Assembly: GCA_904063045.1 (NCBI GenBank)
Contig: CAJFCJ010000196.1
Coordinates: forward strand, 31,694-75,137
Direction of reading: 5' to 3'
Length of the DNA stretch: 43,444 bases
Source: Dimorphilus gyrociliatus
Taxonomy: Eukaryota; Animalia; Annelida
Shown: in pieces, positions 34,288 to 43,444 of the stretch
How positions within the stretch are numbered: the stretch's first letter is position 1
Layout of the letters: every line of letters begins with the position of its first letter
Made by a program: the position numbers and the translations under genes
The notes under the pieces: model-generated
What the model saw: the letters and a program-made list of their open reading frames with translations, nothing else
Databases searched by the model: none
Told to the model about the DNA's origin: nothing

Positions 34288-35408
34288 GGGTGCAGTGACA
34301 TTTTGGCCCAGGAAATTTTATACAACTTATGAAGATGGTTTCCATTTTTTACAATGAAATTTGATCCTTTTTGTATTATGTATGCAGGACAAGGATTTTT
34401 AGCATATCTTTGAGTACATCTCCAGGTAATTGAACTCTCAGTTTTTCTTTTCATGGAATATGAACAATTTTTGTGTAGAAGTAAGTCTTTACCTTTGGTA
34501 CTTCCACCAACAACAATTTTGAATTCATCTGTTTCAGTTTCCATAATGTTACACTGCTCATCCATCTCAAATGAAGTTTCATCACTGATGTCAACTTTCA
34601 TATCTCTCATATCTTGCCTATTATCAGGAAGATTCACCTCTTTTTCAATATTTGATGATTCAGTTGAATTAAAGTCAAAAGAGAGTCTCAGCTGTCAAAA
34701 ATAATTTAGAGTGAGATATTAATATTTTTTAAGCATTGAAATTACCTGATTTGTGTTGCTTTCACTTGCATAATCCTTTGAAGATTCCATATCAATATCA
34801 CTTTCTTGAAGAATTTCACTCTGATGATAATTATCTATTTTCTTCAATTTAATAAATAATTGTCTTCTCCTGACATCATGACAATCAGAGCAATAATCTG
34901 TATCTTAATATATAAATGATATAGTATTAAACATTGGAAAGTTTAATAGAATACACTTATTTTTTCAACATTTTGCATGATAAAAATGTCTGCACAACTT
35001 GCATCTGAATTTTCTTTGAGTCCAGTGGAACCTCAATCCACACTTCCAACAATTTTTCAAATTCATGCTGTGGTTTCTATCAAAACTAGGATGAAATGCA
35101 AGAAAACAAATATACCCTCTACTTTTTTCACAACAGGAAAAGGAAATTGCAAAAAATAGTAAAATATACTTTTGAAAAAAAGAAAACTGGTAATATGAAA
35201 ATGTTTCAAATTTTTTGAATGATTTATATATATATATATATATATGTGGAACTGCAATTGAAAATTACATGTTTTTTCTTGTTATTTTTCTAAGATGGGG
35301 TGAAACATTTTGGGCGGAAATGTCCCAAAGTGGGCCGAAATGTCCCAAAGTGGGCTGAAATGTCCCAAAGTGGGCCGAAATGTCCTGGGCCGAAATGTCA
35401 CTGCACCT
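34288..35408 (-). mobile_element. MULE-2 deletion derivative bounded by two copies of the same TIR end
   Basis: gggtgcagtgacattttggcccagga (34288) is the inverted match of tcctgggccgaaatgtcactgcacct (ending 35408). The interior holds the PHD/FLYWCH exons. No matching TSD on the left. Confidence 0.75.
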
Positions 35409-38400
35409 GGGTTTTGCCAGTGCTTCCAACTGGAATTTGATTTAAACATGTCTGAATTTCCAAATTCTTTCTTTCTACCATTCCATTACTTTGGCTATGG
35501 AATGCTGTTGTTTTAATTTTTCGTATTCCCATTGATGTCACCATTTCTGTAAAGATTTCCCCAAGAAAATTCCTTCCTTGATCTGTGAGAATTTCTTCTG
35601 GGATACCAAATATTGGGAAATAGTTGAAAAACAAATGTTTAGAAATCTCCTCAGCTGTTTGAGTTTTTAGAGGGAATATGTTGTTAAATCTGGACATGTG
35701 GTCTATAATGACAAGTATATACTTGTAAGAATCATGTCCAGTCAGAGGTCCCATTATGTCCATAGCAATTCTTTGCATTGGAAGTGTTGGATGGGGTGTT
35801 TCCACCAGTAGATGTTTGTTTCCAGGTGCTCTCAATTGTTCACAGAATTCACAATTTCTAATATGTTCTTTGATTGTTTTCTTCAGTTGTGGATGCCAAA
35901 AGGCTTGTTCCAATGTATGGATTGTTATGTCAACACCATAGTGTTCAAATAATTGATGTTGATGAATTTGTCCCAGTAGGCTTGTTAAAGTTGCCAATGG
36001 GATTACAAGTAGTGGTTGGCAACCATTCAAATACCATACCAGATCCTCTTTGACAAACATATGTTCAATAAAATTCTTATAATCCTTGACTGTTTCAACA
36101 TCAATGTCTTCTCCTTCCAATTTATCTACAACTTTCATTAGTGTATCATCCATTATTTGTTCTGTGTAGAAATTTATCTCAACTGCTTTATTTTTCAATT
36201 TCATGACCTGTATTTGTTTTCATCTACTTGTAAGAATCATGTCCAGTCAGAGGTCCCATTATGTCCATAGCTATTCTTTGCATTGGTAAAGTTGGGTGAG
36301 GTGTTTCAACCAACAGATGTTTGTTGCCTGGTGCTCTTAATTGCTCACAAAATTCACAACTCTTTATGTGATCTTTAATTGTTTTCTTTAGCTTGGGGTG
36401 CCAGAAAGCTTGCTCCAAAGTGTGAATTGTTATGTCTACACCATAGTGCTCAAATAGTTGATGTTGATGAATTTGTCCAAGTAAGTTGGTTAGAGTTGAT
36501 AGTGGAATTACAAGTAGTGGTTGACAGCCATTTAGATACCATACAAGATCTTCTTTTACAAACATAGATTCAATAAAGTTTCCATATTCATTCAAAGACC
36601 CATTATCAATGTTTTCTCCTTCCAATTTGTCTACAACTTTCATTAGTGGAGTATCTAATACTTGCTCTCTATAGAAGTTTATTTCAACTGGTGTGATTTT
36701 TAGTTTCATAATCTGGGCTTGGATTTCAGTTATGTCTTCATCATAATCATTGTCTAGATTGTCATCTAAACAATCACCTAATTCTTCTAAGTCCTCTGTA
36801 TCAATATAAAAGCATTTAAGCATATCCTTTCTTTCTGCTAATTGGGGAACTGTATTGCCATTTTGTTTTTCTTCATTTAATCTTTCCTTAAGTAAATTAC
36901 GAAAATCAATTACTTCATCAGTTTCACCAATTCTTGATATCTAGTCTGCTCTATTAGTTCTTCCTGGTATGTATATTATTTCAAAATCCATATCCATAAG
37001 TGCCATCACCCATTTAACAGTACTTGTATTCAGTTTGTTTTGTACAAATGTTTGTACCAAATTTTGGTGATCAGTGTAGAGAAAAAATTTCTTATACTGT
37101 AGATAATGGGAGAATTTTTGTACTGCCCAATATACTGCAAAAGCCTCTTTTTGATAAGCTGCATATCTTAGTTGTGTATTGATTAGGAGCTTGGAAGCAA
37201 AAGATTGGTTTTCTTATTTTCTTTCCATCTTCTTCCCATTCTTGTTCTAGAACTGCACCAACTGCATAATTAGAAGCATCTGTTGTTAAATAGAATGATT
37301 TAGTAAAGTCTGGCAGTTGAAGGATTGGGGGCTCTGTCATTGCATTCCTTAGTGTTTCATAAGCTTCCTCTGCTTTTTTTGTCCATTTCAGTTTTTCTGT
37401 CTTTTGGTGTACTTTTAATAATTCTCTCAAAGGTTTTGTGATTTTTGCAAAATCTTTAACAAATCTTCTATAATAACCACAAAATGCCACAAAACTCAAC
37501 AGAGTATTTGCAAACATAGGTAATTTGGCATCTTTTATTTTCTGAATCTTTTCAGGATCAGTTTCAATACCATTCTGTGTAATTCTATGACCAAGGAATT
37601 GAACTGATTCTTGTAAGAATGCACATTTGCTCAGTTTAATTCTAAAGTCTTTTTCCTTGATTCTTTCCATAAGTTTCTGTAGAGCTACAAAGTGTTCTTC
37701 CAATGTTTTGGTAAAAACTATAATATCATCCATATAATTAATGCAGAAGTTTTCCAATCCATTAATAACAAAATTTGCCATGATATAGCTGAAGTGTGAA
37801 GGTGCATTTGCCAAACCAAATGAATTCAAATAAACCAAATGGCCTAATAAAAGCAGTTTTCTCCTTATCTTCTTCTTTGATTGGAATATGATGAAATTCA
37901 CTTGTTAAATCCAATATAGAAAAATATTTGTGGCCTCCTCCAAGCTTATCAAATAAATCTTCTTGATGTGGGATTGGATAAAAATTCTTTTTCGATTGCT
38001 TGTTAAGTTTTCTGTAATCCACACACATTCTTAATGTTCCTTCTTTCTTTTTCACAAAAACAATGGGTGAAGCCCATTGGCTTTTGCTTACTGTAATTAG
38101 ACCATTTTCCAATAATCCATTTAATTGATCCCTGCATTCCTGCTGTCTGTTGGGTAGCAATCTGTATGGTCTTTGTTTGAAAGGCTTTATATCTTCCAAT
38201 AATTCAATTGCCATTAGTGGAACATCTGGTGAACCAATGTCATTCTGATTTGTAGCAATAATATCTTCATAATTCTTTATCATTTCTTTTATTTCTTCTC
38301 TGTTCTTGTCAAGATTATTTTTGGACACATGTAAATAATTGTCAATTTCTAGTGTATTTGAATTAATATTGTGTACATTTTGATTAGACAAATGTTCAAA

Positions 38401-40110
38401 TTCAATACTTTCCAACTATAATTCTTCTATTTCAGGAGTTACTGGATTTTTCTTTTGTTCTTTTTCCACTTTGATAGTTATTCCATCTTCTAATTCAATG
38501 TATTGTGGTTTCATTTCCATTTCCATAGCTAAGTCTTCAGTTTCTTCTTCAGATGAATTTATGAGAATAACTGAGTCATTGTCAGACTTAGGTATATTTC
38601 CAGTCTCTTCATCAGATGAGTCTATAACCATTATGGAATCATTGTCAGACTCAATTGTGTTACTGGTCTCTTCTTCAGATGAATCTATAACAATCATTGA
38701 ATCATTATCAGGCTCAGTTATGTTATCAAGCTCTTCTTCAGATGAGTCTATAACAATCATTGAACCATTATCAGAATTAGTTGAATCACTAATTTTATCT
38801 TCAGATGAGCTTGTACCATTGATTATATCCAAATCTGAGTCTGGACTGTGATCTGATTCAATACTTGTTTCTGTATCATAATTTTCAGAAGTACTGGAAC
38901 ATTCATCTGTGCCATAATTGCTATTTGAATCAAAACCATTGAATCCCTCATAAACTATGCTTGAACCATGAGTGTTGCTTGTATCATAGCCAGTATCTGG
39001 ATCAGTAACTTCCATTTCTGAGTCCACACTATCTGAAAATTCAGATGGAGTATCAAAAACTTCAGATGGAGTGTCAGAATCTTCAAAATACTGTCCCATC
39101 ATTCCAACAGTTACTTTTTTTACACTGCCTTGTTTTCCAAATTTTGTCTGGTGATTTTCTTTATATTGCAAAAACTTTCTAACTGGTTGTTCTTTTCTGA
39201 TAAAGAATGGAAGAGAAACTTGTTTTGTTGCAAAATCAATAAGACCTCCAGCATTTTGTAGGAAATCATAACCAAGTATTATAGCCATATCTAGTTTTTC
39301 CATAATAAAGAATTCTTGTTCCATAATTCTTCCATTAAATTGAATATTCAGTTTTGCTTTTCCTTTTGTCTTTAAAGCATTTCCATCTGCTGAAGTGATG
39401 ATTGGTAAGCCAGTGGTTTCTTTCTTGATGAATTTAGAATCCATTAACCTGATTTCTTTTTCTGTAATAAATGACAAAAGTGCTTCTGAATCACATAAAG
39501 CAATAACCTCTCTTCCATTATGATTTTTCATTCGAAATTGGAAATCTTTTCTGCCTTTTACCAAAGAAGTACACCTAAAATGTGTGATTTTCTCTTCTTT
39601 GAGATTAAATATTGCCATTCTTCCTTTAGAAATTTCAGTTTCATTAGGTTCATCAGGTTCAACATGTATTAGTCTGTTAAAGCTGCCTTTTTCATTATTT
39701 CCTGCATTTCCATTTCTTTGTTGTTGAAATCTATTTTGAGAAAAAGGTTTAAATGTATGTTCATTTTGATTTGAGTTACTCTGATTGTTGTCAAATCTCC
39801 TTTTGTACTGTTTGAATTCATTTTCGCTTTCCTTTCTTGCATTATCAAAAAATATGTCTGCTCTTTTTGCCAATTTAATATACTGATTAACTGAGTTAAT
39901 CTTTCCATCTTTTTCCACATGATTAACAATTTTTCCTTTAAGACCATTCCTGAATACAGTTAACAGTTGAAGTTCTCTAACTCTTTCAGAAACACAAGCC
40001 ATTTCAGTAGTATTGAATGGTAGGAATTTTTCCACAAGTTCTTTACTTCTTCTAACAAAACTTTGGACAGTTTCATCATTGAACTATCTCAATCTATCAA
40101 TTTCTTTTTT
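35409..40110 (-). mobile_element. Second copy of the Gypsy gag-pol block (integrase ORF 35398-36204 uninterrupted)
   Basis: Same ORFs as 25780-30475. This copy lacks the integrase frameshifts seen in copy 1. Confidence 0.92.
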
Positions 40111-40133
40111 GATGACTATATTGATTTTTTGTC

Positions 40134-40397
40134 AAAACTGAGAGTTCAATTTTTCACAAAACAATACCAAATATAATACATTGATTTTTCTTTTCTTTTA
40201 TATCTTTCAATAAGAAATCCATTGGAATTTCATCTAGATTTATTTCAAAGTGTAAATCTCCAGGACGCTTTGGTCTTCTATTCTCTTTATATCTGGAAGC
40301 TTTTCTTCTTAGTGATTCTAATTCTGGTAAGTCTTCAATATTATCTTTAAATTTAAGAATAATATCTTCTGCTATTCTTTTACCAGTTTTGTCATTT
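40134..40397 (-). mobile_element. Second copy of the MULE-2 internal fragment
   Basis: Duplicate of 30499-30762. Confidence 0.8.
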
Positions 40398-40882
40398 TGC
40401 AGCCCCTCTAACAATAAATTCATCCAAATAGTCAAACTAACCCTTTCCTAAAATGTTTTCTTGGCTGGAAATATTTGCTAACAGGTACATTCACACCCAA
40501 CCCCATTGCTCTGATTTCCTCTAGTTCATGCTTTCTATCAAATATAAATTTGAATGTGTACAGAGTGTAAGAGAGGTTTATACTAATAAATATATAAGTA
40601 TTACTCATAAAGAAAATGAATGATAAGAAGGGGTTAAGAACACCTTTAAAAATTATATAAAACAACAATATTGACATAACGATAACTTGGCTTACTGCCA
40701 ATTTAGGTGATGTGCTTTTTGACTACAGACAATTATACAGAAAGCCCTGAAAGAAAATGAAAGGGAAAGTTAAAAATTTAAAAATAGATTTGTGTCTAGT
40801 CTTAATAGTTTCTGGCAGGCTTTAGGATTGTTTCCAATTCTTACAGCTGGAACTGGGTTACAGATAGTTTTAAAATCAGACA

Positions 40883-41650
40883 AACTTTGCAAATGATTTA
40901 GGAATTGATGCAGCCTTGTCACCAACACAACATCTATTTTCTTCATGGATAAGAAAACCTTTCAAAATACAAATAGACACACTTCTGCTAATTATACTCT
41001 TGATTGGAATTGGATTCTTCATTTACTTTATTTGGAAGAAAAAGCTGAAAAGAGTTCAATTTACCAGACTGTCTAAACTACTGACAAAAACAAAAAGATT
41101 ACCTTCAGCTCCAACAGCTGAATCAGAAGAAATAGAACTGCAAAATTATCCTATGTTCAGAAAAGTGGTGATAACATAATGTCACAAGTCCTAGACCTTT
41201 TGTGGAAGCAAGGTCTTAAAGGAGTGGGATGTTTGTACACATACATTCATCAGCTATATTCTACAATAGAGAAGTAGTATTGAACCAGTATTGTACTATG
41301 CAGATAGCACTGATAAAGATAAGCAGTAGTGACCTAGTTTCGCATAGGGCAGTGCATACACATTATGCAGCAATAAAACCTATTGAATTATATAAAGAAT
41401 ATTTGCTATTTGCAACCTAGCATTAATATTACAATTTATTAATCCATAAATTTATGATTTCGAACTAAAACTAGTTCAATTAATTATCAATTATGCTTAA
41501 ATTCTAAGTTTAGATTATATTCACTATTCAACAGTATTGTATACACAATACTGTTCTTTTTAACACGCCTTAATCAGATATACTTATTTATATATATATA
41601 TATATATCAGATAGTATAAACAGCAATTTTGTCTCTAGTAAAAGATGACA
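40883..41650 (+). mobile_element. Second copy of env 3' fragment + PPT + probable LTR start (TG at 41230)
   Basis: Duplicate of 31249-32020, with a 1-nt deletion in the env tail. Confidence 0.7.
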
Positions 41651-41862
41651 AGGCCAAATATTACCTTTATTTTTTTGGCCTCTGTCACCTTGAGTATTTT
41701 GGTGTATGTTGAAAATAATTCTGTATTTGTGTATGATTGCTTTCAATTTTAAAAAAGTGAGGCATTGGACACAAAGGAATCTAAAAGAATATTGTCTGCA
41801 TTTGAAGTGAAACATGTCAAACCAGTTTTTCAGGTCTTTTAGTTAGCCTACATACTTTCAAA

Positions 41863-41905
<43 letters not shown>

Positions 41906-41982
41906 GTGTGTGTATGTAAACTCTACACTTTGAATATAGCTTGACATTTTTGGCTAATAAAATCTTTAATCTTTTTGGCAAA

Positions 41983-42283
41983 ATGAAATACCTCCTCAAT
42001 ATTTGTCTTGTTTTAATTCTGGCTAATTTGGCATTTTCTACACTTTTAGAAGATGAATTGATGGAACTATTATCTAAAAAAGATGACATATTAATGGAAA
42101 AACTTGTAATGAGAGAACTACTAAAAAAGGTATAGCAAAAAGATAGTTTGGCTGTCTCTTATATTTCTCATTTCAGAGTTCTGCTCAAGTAGAATACACA
42201 TGCAATTATTGTAAAACCTCTTACAAAAATTATTGTGGACGTTATAAATATATTGCTCTAGAGATTATGGTATAACATTCTAA
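41983..42283 (+). CDS. Second copy of the secreted prepropeptide; a 1-nt deletion alters the C-terminus (…GRYKYIALEIMV*, stop at 42275)
   Basis: Exons 41983-42129 and 42177 onward. aaatatattgctc here versus aaatatatttgctc in copy 1; the fourth Cys is lost. Confidence 0.6.
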
Positions 42284-43444
42284 TCAACTTAGATTCATGT
42301 CAACAAATAATAAGTTTCCTATATACTTAACCTGAGCTGAACAGTTGTGTATATTTCTTCATAAACAATACATTCTTTTAAATTTTTATGTTGTATTTTC
42401 CATTGTATTTTATTGATGAGGCATTGTAGAAATTTCTTGTAAATTGCCAAGATAGATCTTTTTTCTTGGCTCAATCTGGCCCTGTAATTATCTGAGGAAA
42501 TCAGGGAACAACTATATGACCTACTAGAGCTGTTGTCAACATAGGATAAATTTAATTTTAATATTTGAGTTGAATATCAATTATCTACAATTGGCTGTAG
42601 AATTAAAGAAAAACCATAGTGATGTGTAAATAGAGTATTGCTCTATACTTATTTAAAATTACATATGCATGGTTGAGCTAGTCTGATGAATATACTTTTA
42701 ATGCCTTTTTTTGTTGTGTATTATAATTCATACAAAAATATGGTATCAATATATTCTGTTAAAGAATTTTTAGGAGCACTTTTAATGTACATTCACACCC
42801 TAACTCCATTAAAAACAGACACTAAACACTATTTAACAACAAGTGAGACCTCAAACACAAAGGAGTCGAATGGAATGTCAAAAAAACCCATACAAGATAA
42901 ATCCTTATGGAAGAAATTGTAAGACATACAACTTTCCCATGATAAAGTGCATTGCATCCTTAAATTTGATGTATACAACATTACTTTGATGAGTCCTATG
43001 AGTCTTGCTATAACTTGATTTATATTAAAAATGTATATAAAAAAGTAAATAATAATACTAAAATCTAAACTATAGATAGGCTGTTTAAAAAATTTAATCA
43101 CTTGTTTAAGTTCTAGTGACAGCTACTGTTGAAAGTTCAACATATACTTTCACTGTAGCTAAATCAGAAAAAATGAGTAACAGATGATTCATATTTTCCA
43201 TATTTTTTTCTTATTCTATTCAAATAGTTTAATTATTTATATTGCTATTTGAAAATAGAATGATGGTATATAAATTGGAGCTTCTATTGATGATGTGTAG
43301 CAGCACTAATTCTGCTAAAACTGGAATAGTCCTCCATGGTAATTGCTTTTCTTTACTAATTAATGATACTAATTTGCCCTAAATGCTAATTTCTCTCCAA
43401 AAAATTCAGCATCAATTCCAAGAATTATAGGATGACCAAAAAAT

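Larger units (their letters stand above)
24684..43444 (+). repeat. ~9.6-kb tandem segmental duplication (about 24684-33820 vs 34316-43444, offset ~9635; runs off the window end)
   Basis: Identical ORF translations at a constant offset (27457/37092, 28781/38416, 30519/40154). The differences noticed are mostly 1-nt indels. Confidence 0.95.

Noticed and set aside
1-43444. rRNA, tRNA or other structured RNA genes
   Set aside because: None recognised by eye. A tRNAscan-SE/Infernal run would be needed to exclude them.

Overview
AT-rich animal (invertebrate) genomic DNA with very short introns (47-72 bp) and two assembly gaps (7527-8225, 23409-24037). No prokaryotic features and no CRISPR array. 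The left half (1-17.3 kb) holds host genes: (i) a divergent nuclear receptor whose true start lies in a small upstream exon; (ii) a minus-strand mosaic extracellular protein of at least 1,400 aa (FN2-kringle-F5/8C-2xEGF-PAN-Caspr/fibrinogen-like-9xEGF-4xTSP1-Ly6/uPAR-GPI signal); (iii) a three-exon CD225/dispanin gene missed by the ORF track; (iv) an intronless secreted 2xchitin-binding-TSP1-3xC1q protein. Three copies of a ~210-bp Mutator-type MITE carrying TTAGGG-like repeats lie between these genes. The right half is a mobile-element nest: an apparently intact 2.7-kb Mutator-like element (9-bp TSD) whose spliced 575-aa transposase has a PHD-FLYWCH-DDE architecture; a decayed Ty3/Gypsy retrotransposon with an env that matches a herpes-gB/class III fusogen motif, a tandem SUMO-interacting-motif-like array between protease and RT, and a duplicated integrase zinc domain; and a second PHD-MULE inserted into that integrase. 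A two-exon gene for an unrecognised 4-Cys secreted prepropeptide follows, and a ~9.6-kb block is tandemly duplicated with an inverted transposon end at the junction. All gene models were read by hand; no database searches were run.
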